A stretch of 64,000 bases of DNA, from the NCBI GenBank assembly GCA_040285825.1, contig JAUPSS010000002.1, positions 372,001 through 436,000 of the forward strand, written 5' to 3'. Each line of letters begins with the position of its first letter. Positions within the stretch are counted from its first letter, which is position 1. The notes under the pieces are model-generated. The model saw only the letters and a list, made by a program, of their open reading frames with translations. It did no database searches and was not told the DNA's origin. The DNA comes from Eukaryota sp. TZLM1-RC (taxonomy: Eukaryota; Protista; Metamonada: BaSk clade). A program made the position numbers and the translations under genes. Positions 1 through 12,701 of the stretch are shown piece by piece.

Positions 1-197
1 ATAGGTAAATCAAATTTATGGGTAAATCAAATCAAATCGATTTTTCAAAATTTTTAAATCAAAGTTGATTAAGTTGTGATTCAATAAACAATGTGGTTGA
101 TAATTACCAATAATATTTGCAAAGCTTCTCCGTTATCGAACAATTCTGACTGTACATTTATATCAATTTCAGGTAAACTTGTAATTTGAGGACTCAT

Positions 198-333
198 TGA
201 TGCTGTAAGGTTAGACATGTGCAGTAGAAAGAGATAAGATTAATTATGGAATTTCACCGGGCCTTACAAAGGCCACCACTAGTGAAGTATCTATGATAAT
301 ATATATACTAGACTAATTGTCCATAGTACAACA
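198..333 (-). repeat. 3' LTR
   Basis: tgatgctgtaaggttagacatg...gtacaaca; homologous to 4146-4284 and 23052-23186. Confidence 0.85.
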
Positions 334-364
334 TTTTCCCTCTCTTAGCTCTTGTACGAGAGCT

Positions 365-1235
365 TTAAAAATTAACTGCAGAGGAATTAATTTTAGATTT
401 AGCATTGGAATTCACTTTCCGTTCATTGGTAGTGCGAGGTCCAAGGGTACGCAAATATGATTGGTATGCATCAGTGCTTTTGACGTCAGCAACTGCGACA
501 GACGGTGTCTCGCCGCCATACCAAATTGCGGTGCAATAGGTAATCTTATTATTATTCGAGTCTAAAATCCAAGTGATCTTTAAACTTAATAATTGCAGAT
601 TCTTCGATATCACCAGCAGCAATGTTCTTATGTCAATCTAAATCTTCCTTAGAGAAGTCAAGGAAATATAACTTACAATGATTAATACTTGCCGTGGACA
701 CCGAACCAGTGACAAGATTCTTGAGTATTAAACTTCTATTGGATTTCACTTCTTCGATAAAAAAGGGCAAGCGAAGCAACCATGGAGTTCATTATTAGTC
801 TTTTATTGCAAAGCTAAGTCACCTTTATTAAAAGGGTTGCTATGTTTGTTAACTTCAGGCAGTTGATGAGCTTGCCTGAGCTTTGCATCTTTTCTCTTCT
901 TTGAAATCCTTTCAAGTTCTGCTTCAAGATCTTTAACAAAGGGAATATTAACATTAGCTGATTATATTAGTTCAAACATATTACTAGGATCGGCTCTAGG
1001 ACTGTAATCGCTACCAAACATTAAATTGTAAGGCGAATGACCAGTAACTCTACTGATAGTTGAACTAATTTGAAGTTGTACAATTGAAATATATTGACTC
1101 CAATTGCTGTAATCACCAGAATCCACCAGAATCTCTTTTAGACTTTGGAAAATATCTCTGTGACGTCTTTTTACTAAACCGTTCCTTTGTGAAAAGCCAG
1201 TTAGTAAACGACTTACTTCGATATTCAATAGATTG
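365..1235 (-). pseudogene. Gypsy integrase C-terminus with chromodomain-like tail (disrupted)
   Basis: SQRNGLVKRRHRDI..GHSPYNLMFG integrase core; tail ITYCTAIWYGGETPSVAV; close nucleotide homologue of 15625-16330 plus 13395-13537. Confidence 0.75.
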
Positions 1236-1239
1236 CATA

Positions 1240-2640
1240 TGTTGCTTTTCATGCATTAAACATCAACAAAAACAGAAGTTTATGGACAGAATACAAGAAA
1301 TCAACAAATAAAACTAAATACTAGAATTTAAAACTATGATGACGTGCTCCACTTTCCTAAAAGGAAAAGTCACGTTTAGCCACAGTCAACACTGCCTTTT
1401 CTTTTTTTTCAACGGGTTTTTGGAGAATCAGCGGTAAGCTTAATGTATCTAGAGTACGCAACAGTGTTTCAGATCGAGTCAACGGGCTGAACGGTGGTGG
1501 TTTTATCGGACCAGAGGACAAGTAGCGGAATTAGCAGAGACACCAACTATGGCATCGAGAATCAATTCACCTGAGTGGGCATCCACATATACGTTCAAGA
1601 TATTCGGGGGTAAGGAAAACAAGCAGGGTTTTACGAGATGGATAGCAGTCTTGAGAGAGGAGCCTGAGATGGGATTCTGGACCAGAAGAGAGCTACGTGG
1701 TAGGATCTTGAGAAATACGTGCCTACAAAGTGGCCGTGGAGCTTGTCTGGCCTCTCGCGCAGAACAAGGACTCAGTCGTTTCGTTGACCTGAGGACAATA
1801 GGCGGGTTTGAGCATGTCGACAGGATACTGGTTGGCAGACAGGGTTTCTTTACATGAGGCAGTGAGTTTTTTTGACAAGACTTGCAGGTGTTCAATGAAC
1901 TCAAGTTTGTTCGGAGGAAGAGGATGGGTAGGCAAGAAACTCAACAGCTGGTTGGGCAGTAAACGGGGAGAAGTGTCGGATCCAAAAATGAGGCAGATTG
2001 GAGAGGCGTTCAGAGCTTTTCTTTCTTGGGAGTTCAATACCATCTGACATAGTCGAACATAGTCGGACCATTTGTGGCAATCAGAGAAATCAAGCAGCAT
2101 TCGACGGATTTTTTGGAGGAAGCTTCGATGTTGGCGCTCAACCAATACATTCGATTGGTGGTAATGACGCAGAAACTGAGAGTGTTTATATTCAGGAATT
2201 GACAGATCAAACTGAAGATCTTGTTGGCAAATTCTGGGCCGTCATCCGTGTGGATACGGCGGGGAGCACCAAAGATTGAGTAGACAAAAGAAATCAGAGC
2301 ATTGACAACGGTAGTGGTTTTGAGGTCTTTAGTGGGAACAAGGATACTAAACTTGGAGAAGGCATCAACGAAGTGAACTATTTATTTATGGCCGTAAGTG
2401 TCGACAGAGAACGGGCCAATGGAGTCGCAGTGCAAACTTTTAAAAGGGCGACGGACAGCATTCAGAGACCCGGTTGATGAGATAAGAGTCTTAAGGACAT
2501 GAGCGGTTTTTTGACAGGGTATACAGGAGTTGACGTGAGTCAACAAATCATTGCGTATGTTGGGCCAATAAAAATCAGATCGCTGTAATGACTCCCAGCA
2601 GAGGGCGAATGGAGATTTCAATTTCTTAAAGAAGGCGTGC
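1240..2640 (-). mobile_element. Nested, 5'-deleted Gypsy element: 3' LTR (1240-1391), PPT and integrase remnant
   Basis: tgttg...caaca followed by ctgccttttctttt (PPT on minus); ORFs with YWPNIRNDL..CIPCQK, PFKSLHCDSIGPF and VERQHRS integrase motifs. Confidence 0.7.
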
Positions 2641-4138
2641 CTGAGAGCATATATAGCGTCACCCAATTTGCTAACGTTTCTACTACTTTGGTCTTTTTGA
2701 GTCTTTGCTAAATTAGCGAAATTGACTATAAAGTCGAAAATTTTGTTGGAATCTATTTCATCATCCAGTTTTTTCAATTGTCTTTCCGTTTTTCCGATTT
2801 TTTGATTAGTTTTTCCTCATCAATTACAGGTTTGTCATATAAGCATCTGGAAAAAACAAGAGAATCTCTCGGTGCTGTAGGTGCTTATGAACTGCCTGTA
2901 GCTACCCCTACAGTTTACGGGCTCTACCCATGCCTTGAGTTTCGCGATCCATGCGTCAGAATACACCAATTCAATCTTGTTGGGTCCGACTCGTTGTTCT
3001 TTCAATTCGATGATTTTGGTTCCCTTAGTTTTAGCAAAGGTTTCCTTATGATGAAATTGGATAGTATCACCTCTATCTGCAACAAATCGACCTTCCAACA
3101 GCAACAGAACGTCGATCATTCTGTCTTTTGGGTGGACATTTTCTACCAGAAAATACCTTACTGTTCCTCTGAGTATACGATTTTCGTGATGGTGAGGATA
3201 CATCTTGGCAATCCAAAACAACATACTCATCACTTCCGCGGAAATAATGTTTTCCCGTGCGGGGTCGTTCGTCAGGAATGGCATTCCTTTGCCAAAATGC
3301 AGGCTTCGGAGTAGCTGCTTGGTATTTCGTACGCGGTGCGTCAAAGTAACATTTTCCAGGATCTTCAGCTACAAAACTGACAGAGCTCTCTGAGCATTGA
3401 TCTAATCGATCCAAAAACTCAACATCTTGATCTTGTTGTTCGTGAACTAAATCGTCCTGCGTGTATCCACGTGAACTGTGAAATGGGAAAGGTCAACGTT
3501 TCCTTAGAAACTCTTCTCTTTGCTCTACACAAGAAGAATCCATAATGGCAGCCACAAACTCATTATCGCTCCAATCTCTGAGATCATCAGGTGGACTAGC
3601 AATGACGGACTAGAAGAAGTCTCTAACCATATGGGCGACTTTCTTCTTCAATTCTTGACAATACCTCTCTTCAGAAATATGGTATTCTTTTTCTGTCCAT
3701 TGAATCTCAGAAGGGGAATTTATCACCATCCCCATCTCCAGTCCCATCGTTTGGGTTAGATGTTTCCGTCTGAGAGGAGGTAACAGTAACGGAAGACGAG
3801 TCTTCATGAGCTTCTTCGAACAGGGAGGAAAGAGGGTTCGTGTTAGAGGTATCTTCTCCATTTTCCTCCCTCATTTTAGAAGAAAGCTGTTGATTTCCCA
3901 CACCAAGAAGTAACTTCATCTCATTTGGGAGAATGTTGTCTGGGTCATAGGTGTGGTCGCTTATGTTACTCTCAGTAGAAGGAGTGTTCTTCGCAGGCGA
4001 AGTGCTTCTTTCCTTAGAGGGAGGATTACTCTTTCGAATGGAAGGACTAGTCTTACCGAAATAAAAGATTACTCTCCTTTCTAGGAGGACTTTCCTTGTG
4101 AGGAGGATTGCTGTTAATGTCTTGAACGACTGAGCCAA
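2640..4138 (-). pseudogene. gag-like remnants of the outer LTR element
   Basis: Lies directly after the 5' LTR; peptide IELKEQRVGPNKIELVY..AW.AKLK.W recurs at ~4600-4700 (+) and 21691-21918 (-). Confidence 0.55.
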
Positions 4139-4145
4139 TAATTAA

Positions 4146-4284
4146 TGATGCTGTAAGGTTAGACATGTACTGTAATAGAAAAAAATTAGATAATTTATTG
4201 AATTTCACCGGCCCTTGTGGAGGCCATCCCTAATGAAGTTTTTATGATAGTAAATGTACTAGACTAATTGTATACAGTTCAACA
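4146..4284 (-). repeat. 5' LTR
   Basis: Homologous to 198-333; followed by TSD TCAT. Confidence 0.85.
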
Positions 4285-4288
4285 TCAT

Positions 4289-4890
4289 TTTTTTATGTAG
4301 CGAATAATGATTTCCAAATAGAAATTGTGTTGGTCAAACCTTCCAATTACAAAGCAAATTAAAGACAGATTATGGAACAGCCTATGATAGATTTTTTTAG
4401 AAAGCCAAGGTGTATTTACATGACCAACAAGGTAGAAACCATGGAGGCGTTGTAAGACATTTCCTAGTGGGAAATGTTCACCCAAAAGATTCCATAGCAT
4501 TCATTTTACTTTCGATCGGGGGGTGGGGGGGTAGATTCGATTAATTTCGAGGTTACGCTCTTCAATTTCATTTTAAAGAATCCCATATTAGAGAAATTGG
4601 TACAATGGTAATTGAATTGACAGAACAACGTGTCGACCCTAACAAATTGAAATTAGTTTATTTTGATTCATGGATGGCAAAACTTAAGCCATGGGTTGAT
4701 AGCTGGCCCGACACAAAAGTTCTTGAGAATGTCTTGATAAAAAATATTAAAGAGTCTTCCATGTGATCCAACAACTTTGAAACAAAGTTGATAAGATATC
4801 AAAGGAACCGTGAAACAAAATGTTTTATGGAAACAAAAAATTTTCATTGATAACACGATTTTGGAACTCATTTTGTGTAGTGCACAGTGT
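4289..4890 (+). pseudogene. gag-like fragment in opposite orientation
   Basis: Plus strand encodes GTMVIELTEQRVDPNKLKLVYFDSWMAKLKPWVD, homologous to 21691-21918. Confidence 0.55.
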
Positions 4891-4895
4891 TGATT

Positions 4896-6278
4896 TGTAA
4901 ACGTAAGTCTAATGAGATTAAAGAAAACTTGAGATAATATGAATGAGGAAAAGTTAATGTTTTTTCTGTGTATATTGTATAAGCCTTGTGGCGCCAACAC
5001 TGCATTTCCCCTTTTAATAAATAAATCAGCTTATATGAACATGAAACTAAAACTATGAACAAAAAACCAAATTACTATAAATACTAAGTTCTAATGTTTT
5101 TTATTGTCTACAATTATTTTTGCAGTGATTGGGATTCACACAAACACTGTTTTTACATTTTCAAGATCGACAATTGATGTACTATGGCTCTCCCACAATA
5201 ACGTTAGCATAAGGTAGTAAGCAGTAACTGAAAAGGGCCTCGTACCAGGATCTGTGTGCTTTGATAGTTTGTTGTGTATGTTCTAATCGCTACATAAAGA
5301 CGCCCCGCTTCTTCCCTTTTTAGTAAACGGTTATCGTGGTGATGTCGTTTAGTAAAGGTATCATGGAATCGAAGAATGAATTCACTAATGATCATGTAGG
5401 GTCTATGTTGGATCAAAAACAACAATAAGCGAAGTAACAAACTTCAAAAACCTGAGAACGGCGTCTTTTGTTGTTAAAGTACTGCCTTTATGACTAGAAT
5501 AACAGAGGCGCAAAAACCGTTTCCTTGCTTTGTAGTACAGCAATAGTGGAGGTGAAGTCTCTGCTCGTAACCTCGTATGTAGTCGACTTTTTTTGTGTTT
5601 AGCTCGTTAAGGGAGGGAGCTGTTCGAATGGATAACAAGTCCATTGATTCGAGGTAAGGCTTAGCGTCCTTGGCAGGAGTTTGTAGCATCCATTACTGGA
5701 TTCATCTTCCCCTTGTTATCTAGTTATCTCTGCTAAGGGGGTCGACTTAGTTAAGGTGGGATTTTCATTCGTTACCTTACTGACAGATTCTACATTTCGG
5801 AGGGGAGAGGAAGCCGGGTCCGTTCTCGTTACCTCGTTCTTTGTTTTGAAAGATAAGGTGGAATCTAGTTCCACTCCTGTTCCATCCGAAACTACTTTTG
5901 TGGAAGGAGGAACCTTGTCCACTCCTTCGTCTTTTTTTTGTTAAAAAGGAGGTGGGAGCCGGGTCTGCTGCCTCGTTGTCCCTTTTATTTTGTGTAGGTG
6001 TATGTTGTGTTTGTTTTTCCTGATCCTGTTGCATTTGAAAGGATGAAGATGGCTGAATGTCAGAAATATCTTTTTCTGAGATGTCTGACATGTTAAAATA
6101 TCTTGCTGGTTGAGTGTTGAAATTTGCTAGAGTTAGTAATGGTATTCTTTGACTTTAAAATGGCCAATAATTATTGTAGCCGTAAGCCTAAAGAGATTAA
6201 AGAAAGCTTGAGATAATATGAATGAGGAAAAATTGATTTATTTTCTAATCATATTAAATAAGACATGGGGTGCCGACA
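4896..6278 (-). mobile_element. Non-autonomous LTR element (~1.4 kb, diverged LTRs 4896-4999 and 6175-6278)
   Basis: Diverged TG..CA direct repeats, PPT, junction motif ggccaataattat; internal region homologous to 16894-18268. Confidence 0.75.
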
Positions 6279-6329
6279 AATTCGAATTCCTCCTTTTTAT
6301 TCATTTTTTCACTTGGACATCAAGATGTG

Positions 6330-6700
6330 ATAAAAATATCAGCTCGAAACGAATTAAACAAGCAATTCATAATGATTCTTTAGTAGTCAGAATGAGTAAA
6401 TTTTTAAAATCTAAACGAAGAAAACTGTGAAATTCAATGGTTTTGCTATTTCTCTGAATGGACGACTAGGACCTAAGGCAACCTTGTTGTTGCGTAAATT
6501 TAATAATTTCATCATTAAAACGCCCTACATTTAGGTTAAATTTCTGGATCAATCGAATTGTCTTCAGCTTATAAAAAGGTCTTGGTAAAATGGTTGAGGT
6601 TGTGGATTATGTTCTTGCTCAACACGTGTTTCACAAAGTAGGTGGAGATTACTCTCATTTGAGGAAGTAATTAGTTGATGTTTAAAGAGTTTTTCCCTAG
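6330..6700 (+). pseudogene. Non-LTR retrotransposon RLE C-terminal fragment (family E)
   Basis: Homologous to 42590-42745; KFLKSKRRK..FNGFAISLNGRLGP resembles the other RLE C-termini. Confidence 0.5.
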
Positions 6701-6868
6701 CTAATAAATAGGTATACACTACTTCCTTTGGCAATTGCAAAAGGTATTTTGTAGTTAATTTCCTTCACAAATCTGTGTCAAAACTGTGGTTTCAAATTGT
6801 ATTATTAATGCTAATAAGTGAATTATTGTTTTCAACGGACCAAAATCAGATGAAATCTCAAAAATCTT

Positions 6869-9245
6869 GTGATAAACGATTCTATTGTCCCTTTTACTAA
6901 TTATAGTAGTGATGCTTTTAAGTTCCTTGGTTGTTGGTTAGGAAACGTGCCTCAAATTCAGAATGAATTGCAAGTTATTTTGGAAAAAATTAAAATTGAA
7001 CTTGATTCAATTTCTTCTTTAGATATAGAAAAGCATATTAAATTTTTCATGCTTAAAATTTGCTGCACTGGGAGAATAACCCACATTTTGAGATCTTGTG
7101 CTCCTTCCATAGCATTAGATTTTTGTCGTTCATTTAATTCATTGAGAACAGAATTTTTTGCTGATTTATTGGATGTAGAACCAGGAATGTTGAAAAGTCA
7201 CTTATTTTCTTCAGCAAATTTGGGTGGTATTGGATTTACTAAATCTTCAATTTTGTGTCAATCAGCATTCTTGGGTGGTGGCAAAAATTTTATTTATGAA
7301 TTTTCTCGTAGATTTCCTGATGATTCTCATCTGTTAGTTCCCAATTGCAGTCCCTATTTGTATGAGTTATCTTGTGAACTTGAAAAATTGCCGCCACAAA
7401 TTTGGACCAAATGTTTTCCTCAATCAATTCAAGAAATTCCAAACCGATCTCTTTTTAATTTACAGTTTTGCTGTAAAAAGCTTCAACAAAAATTGTCAAA
7501 GATTTTTGAAAGCTTGGATTTTGATGTTAGACTGTTGTTGTTGAACTCATATTGAATTAGTAGGTTTCTTTGTATTTCGACTGATGACGTGATACTCATT
7601 TATGAATCAGTTTTATTAATAAACTTAGATTTCTCTCTCTCCTTCGTGTGTTCATCTGCCTAACGGCATCAATAATTATTGGCCCTTCTTATTTCAGATG
7701 ACTGTACCCTCTGTCAACCTCCCGTCTCTTTCTTCCATCAAAATTGAAAGTGTTCTTCTGTTCTTACAGAAATGAAAGATTTATTCTTCGGTGACTCCTA
7801 AGAAAGAGCTTGTTCCAGCAAGACTCTTGGTCGATTCTTTTCTGTTAGAGTCCTATCTCTCCAGAAATCCGACGTCTCATCCAGTGACGATGTTCTTCTC
7901 AGACATCTACAATCTGTCGTATCGTTCGTCACGTACGAAGATTTTAGTCTGGCTATGTCAGAACTGAAGCTTGATGTCCGTATTGGTGACGTCCGAGAAC
8001 GCATGTCCTGTTACCTGCGACGTTTCCTCCAGGTAAAGAGTAGGGCTTCCGGACTGAAGTTGCCAGACGTAGCTTTTCTGAACCGATTTGCCAGAGGAAT
8101 TCTTCCCGTACGTCTCCAACGTTCTCATACCAACGATGCACCGGAGAATTTAACAAACCCCATATCTTCCCTCTATTGAGCCAGTACTGTATTTGTCCTC
8201 AGAAAAGTGGGAAAAAGTAGTGTTGTTGTTGAACTCATATTGAATTAGTAGGTTTCTTTGTATTTCGACTGATGACGTGATACTCATTTATGAATCAGTT
8301 TTATTAATAAACTTAGATTTCTCTCTCTCCTTCGTGTGTTCATCTGCCTAACGGCATCAAGACTTGGCTTGGCAAAGAAAAAGAATCCCGCTTTTGCAAA
8401 TCTTTTACAAGATATGTGTGACAGTACTTCTTCTGCCTTAGTAACAACAATTCCCCAAGTTTATGGTACTCTTTTAACCGATTCTGCTTGGACTCTGAAC
8501 ATGAGATTTCGTTCCTTTATCTGGCCTGATAATTTACCTCATAATTTAATTTGTAAATGTTCTCGAGACATTACAATTACTCATTTGTTAAATTGTCAAC
8601 ATTTTATTACTTTTAGAAGCAAGGTTCATAATGCTGTAAGAGACCAGTTATATTGTATGTGTAAATCTCATAGAATTGAATCCTTCTTGGAACCTCTGTT
8701 GTCAAATCTGTTTGATGCTGAAGATGATTTTCATAAGAATAATAGAGGTGATGGTATATTACCTGGATTAGATGGAAGTTTCATTTTATTGGATATAATG
8801 TCTGTTGATCCTTGTAATGCCTCAAATGAAAGGCTAGTTAATTCTGAAATTCATAATCCCCTTTCAAATGCTGAAAATTTTAAATTCAAAAAATACAATG
8901 AACCTTTGTCCAAATTGGCCAGTCAACAGCATGCAAAATACAATTTGTATCCATTTGTATTTTCCCTTTTTGGTTCACTTGCACCAACTGCTTTACGTTT
9001 TTTGGATGATTTTGAAATGATTGTAAAGAGAAGAACTGGCAGAAATTTCAACAGTTTGTTTTGGCAAAATAGAATTGTGTTTTCTATTTTTAAGGGGATG
9101 TTGAAGATGGTTTCTGATGCTTTGCTTTCTCTTGGATCTCACTATGAGAGAGTTGCATCTAGTGTTTTTGTTCTGGGAGAGATGGATTTTTTAGATGTTG
9201 ATTTATTGGTTTTGAATAAAATTAAAATTTTGGTCAAAAAAAATC
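6869..9245 (+). mobile_element. 5'-truncated RLE-type (CRE-like) non-LTR retrotransposon, family A, split by a TRIM
   Basis: ORFs 6869-7555 and 8336-9259 join as FDVR|LGLAKKKNPAF, matching the uninterrupted copy at 52494-53600; C-x-C..HLLNC knuckle, RGD..D..K..KY RLE motif, A-rich tail. Confidence 0.9.
7533..8359 (+). mobile_element. TRIM-like non-autonomous LTR element (827 bp)
   Basis: Apparently identical 139-bp LTRs 7533-7671 and 8221-8359, TSD AGAC, PPT agaaaagtgggaaaaagtag at 8201-8220, disrupted internal ORF. Confidence 0.93.
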
Positions 9246-9459
9246 TCAAAAATACTTAATGAAACCCAAATTTTGTTCAGGGCAATATTTGTCTTGCAAA
9301 TCGATTTTGAAAGGAAGCCAGGATAAAATAAGTCTCACTGAGACTTATTTACTATTGAGACCAATTTTGCACCGATACAAACTACTTCCAGAAGTGTACT
9401 TAAATGTGTTGAATTTTCAAATTCTCTTATTTTACCGAAGAATGATGGTAGTTAAATTT

Positions 9460-10560
9460 GAAACCAAGTTATTCAATTGATGCTATTCGTCATCGATGTT
9501 AGTTTTTAGGGAATACTGATGAAATCTCCAATTAGTTGTTTGATCAGATTGGTTGTAGGAGATTTTATCAAATGCCAAAATAATGAAATTCAAGTCCATT
9601 TGTAGTCCACACTAAGGTGCTTTATGGTGGACTAAAATTTCAATTCTTTATTCCGGTGGTTATATTGCAGAAATGCCTTACCTGAGTTTTCAGAAAGGTT
9701 TGCAGATTGGCAAAATTTATCATAAACAACTCAAAGCTCAACTATTTCTCCACTAAATAACGAAATTTAAATAAATTGATGTTGGAAAATGGAATCGAAG
9801 CGTGATTTCTCCAATTACTAAATGGCAGTACACCTGAATAGCATAATTGGAATTTAAACGACAATCTTCGAACTTTACAAAAACAATTAACCAGAATGTA
9901 TGAAAATGATCGTTTTAAAAAATGTGCAACTCAGCTGCTATAGATCAAGATCTTCATTCATTGTTATTGGAAAACGGTGTATGTAAGTCAACAGATTCAT
10001 CACTATTGGTGACCATTGTGCCACGAAGATTTGGCCTTTGTGCAAATAATGAAGCGTTTGTAACAAATCTGAGTTTGATAACTCATCGTTTGTCATTACA
10101 AGATGCCATCAGGGACACTGTTTTAAAATTGCAAGAAAGGCAAGAATCTCTTGTATCTATGGGCGCCTACTGAAAGAAACACTGTCATTGAACTATATTG
10201 GTTCTGATAAAGGGGGCGATATTTATTGCTATAGATAGCTATTGATAACTCTGAAGCTGTTATTGCATTGTTACAAATAAGACTTTGATATAAAGAAGAA
10301 AACATAAACCTGTTGATGCTATTGCATTTGAGGGAAAAAATATAGAAATTATGACAAACAACTGGCAGAAAATTATTTATTAATTCTTAATCTTTTGGGT
10401 AAATACAACAGGAAATATATTGAATACACAATTTTCAACCGAATTGGAGAAGCAATAGTGAGAATCCATGTAGATCAGCATTTTGTAGAGGAAATCTTGG
10501 TTCAAGGAGTTTCGTCTAATTTGTTGTGAGTTTATTTTATGAAGTGTAGAAGTTCCATAA
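9460..10560 (+). pseudogene. Degenerate non-LTR retrotransposon, family C
   Basis: Collinear homology to 32540-34070 (QDLHSLLLE.GVC..DSSL.VTIVPRRFGLC; ends ttttgtagaggaaatcttggttcaa). Confidence 0.8.
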
Positions 10561-10723
10561 AATATCTATTTACAGCTACTAAAATTTACAGTATAAAAAT
10601 AAGTTTTACCAACATGCATTTGTATCAGCGTGAGGCCAAGGGGTGGTGAATCAAGTGGTGTAGTGGGAGAGAGGAGTTGATGATGATTATTCAAACACCA
10701 TCAAGGTCGAAGGATTTTCTCAC

Positions 10724-11467
10724 ATGAATGTTCGGTCCTTTTCCTCTGATAGGTCATCAGCGGGAACACCCTCTCTTAGGCGTATTTATGAATCTAAGTT
10801 CTCTGCTCTCAATAAACCGCTTCAGGCCGAGCGACAACAAATACAACACTATCTTCACACATTGAACCGTGATTGTAATGGGTCCCGATTGCGTACTCCT
10901 TCTCCTGCTTGTCCCTCACGACCTCATACTTCTTTTTCTTCCTCTCCCAGTCGTCGTTGTAGTGCACATAGTCCTTATACAGCTCCTCTCAAAGTAAATC
11001 CCAAAACTTTTGCTGCTGAAATAAGCACAATGGCGAGTACAACCAACAATATCAGGCAAAAAAGCAGGCAACAAGTCAAGCGTATAAAACAGCAAGAAGA
11101 TACAAAGCTCAAACGACTTTTGTATTCTTCTAGCTTGCACGTGTCTTATTTTGCACGTGATTTGGTCCAAAATCAATCATCATCAAAGAAGGTCAAAGGG
11201 GATAACAATGCGAATGAAGATCATGTGATGAGGGATGATGTCATCATTATGAGAAAGAGGAAACTTCTACAAATGAAGGGTTCCAAACCTCCTATGGCGT
11301 CACAACACGGCACATCAACTTCCAAATCAAAAAATCGATCATCAGTTGATGACAGTGCAGTTCATCCACAACGATTTTCTCTTCCCCCAATGAGCAGAGC
11401 TGGGAGATGTGTCTCAGCACCATTGTACAGGGGGTCTGAGTTATCAAGGGAGTTTGTTAAAAGGTGA
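10724..11467 (+). CDS. Hypothetical basic Ser/Arg-rich protein (247 aa)
   Basis: Uninterrupted ORF with host-like composition; no recognisable domain; may extend 5'. Confidence 0.6.
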   Translation: MNVRSFSSDRSSAGTPSLRRIYESKFSALNKPLQAERQQIQHYLHTLNRDCNGSRLRTPSPACPSRPHTSFSSSPSRRCSAHSPYTAPLKVNPKTFAAEISTMASTTNNIRQKSRQQVKRIKQQEDTKLKRLLYSSSLHVSYFARDLVQNQSSSKKVKGDNNANEDHVMRDDVIIMRKRKLLQMKGSKPPMASQHGTSTSKSKNRSSVDDSAVHPQRFSLPPMSRAGRCVSAPLYRGSELSREFVKR

Positions 11468-11593
11468 TTGTAAATAATGTATAATCTTGTGTAAATAATG
11501 TTTGATTAGTATTATGATTAATTGCGGATTTTTTTGATAAATTGTATTAAATGTTAAAACTAGTGTTTATTTTTTATTGATTTTATACAATAT

Positions 11594-12658
11594 TTACAAG
11601 TTGTCTAAAAGCTTTACAACATCCAATCTATCAACATTTTCAAACAAATCTAACTCAAAATCACACAAGGAGTCTAGGAACAATTTAAATTTGGATGAAA
11701 AAGGAACTTCTTTTCCAGCAGGGACAACAGAAAGTTCAACTGTTCTAGAAGAAACATTAGGCACACGTGATACTTTCCTATTCCAGCCAGCACCTTCCAC
11801 ATTAGGAAAGACCCTGACTTTCATTTCAGTCAATAAATCTGGAGGAACCGTTTTTCCGGAGTAATCACTGCTGACACTACCTAGCGACCCTGTAGAGTCT
11901 GACCTATTCCGTGTCCTGGGAGAAGAGAGAGGCATTGAACGGGATGGAGTAAGGGAATGTCTGCGAGGAGGGATAGAGGTGTCAAGCGTTGTTGGGCTGA
12001 GATAGTTGTCAAGAACTGGTGTGGGAAGAGAGACAAGAGCGGGAGGAAGAGGGTCTGAGAAGCTTATGGTGAGGGAGAGGCAACCGCATAGGGTAATGAC
12101 GGAAGTGACCTGAGAGCGAGGGGAATAGAAAGAGAGTGTTGAGGAAGAGGAGAAGGAGTGAACATCGGGGAGTTTGGTGGGGTAGTTTGAAGAAACGTGC
12201 AGCTGGCGGAAAGAATGTTCAGAGAGAGAAGACACTGGCAGAGTGTTGAAGATGATAGGTAGTGAGCGGAGAAGGGTAGTGAGTTTGGAGAGAGAGTGAA
12301 TGTACGAGGTACGGTTCTCTTTGTTGACATTGGCATCAGAGAAAACAAGCGAGGATGGAGAAAAGGAAAAGGTAAACATGGTGACTGGTGTGAGTTTGGA
12401 TGCATTTGGGGTGCATAAAGAATAAAGAACGTGCCAATCTTGTGTTAAAGTTCCGGGGACACTGATTGATTGTTGAGAAGATTGATGTTGATGAACATCT
12501 TCGGAAAAAGAAGTGTGCAGCTCACTGAGAGATGATTCAAGAGAGAATGAAGTAGATGAATGCAGAGAAGCTGGTACTAACAGCAGTTCAGATGCATGTG
12601 AGAGAAAGTCTGCAATGGCCACAAGAGTGCTTTTGAAGGGGTTGTGTATCACAGGCAT
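11594..12658 (-). CDS. Hypothetical Ser-rich protein (354 aa)
   Basis: Long uninterrupted ORF, convergent with the previous gene. Confidence 0.7.
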   Translation of the reverse strand: MPVIHNPFKSTLVAIADFLSHASELLLVPASLHSSTSFSLESSLSELHTSFSEDVHQHQSSQQSISVPGTLTQDWHVLYSLCTPNASKLTPVTMFTFSFSPSSLVFSDANVNKENRTSYIHSLSKLTTLLRSLPIIFNTLPVSSLSEHSFRQLHVSSNYPTKLPDVHSFSSSSTLSFYSPRSQVTSVITLCGCLSLTISFSDPLPPALVSLPTPVLDNYLSPTTLDTSIPPRRHSLTPSRSMPLSSPRTRNRSDSTGSLGSVSSDYSGKTVPPDLLTEMKVRVFPNVEGAGWNRKVSRVPNVSSRTVELSVVPAGKEVPFSSKFKLFLDSLCDFELDLFENVDRLDVVKLLDNL

Positions 12659-12701
12659 CTATTCTATGGTCATATTAAGCAAAACTGAAGGATGGGAATT
12701 C

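Larger units (their letters stand above)
198..4284 (-). mobile_element. Degenerate Ty3/Gypsy LTR retrotransposon (chromovirus-like) containing a nested second Gypsy
   Basis: Related TG..CA LTRs at 198-333 and 4146-4284; 4-bp TSD TCAT (194-197, 4285-4288); polypurine tract next to the 3' LTR on the minus strand (334-345); integrase and gag-like remnants inside. Confidence 0.85.
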
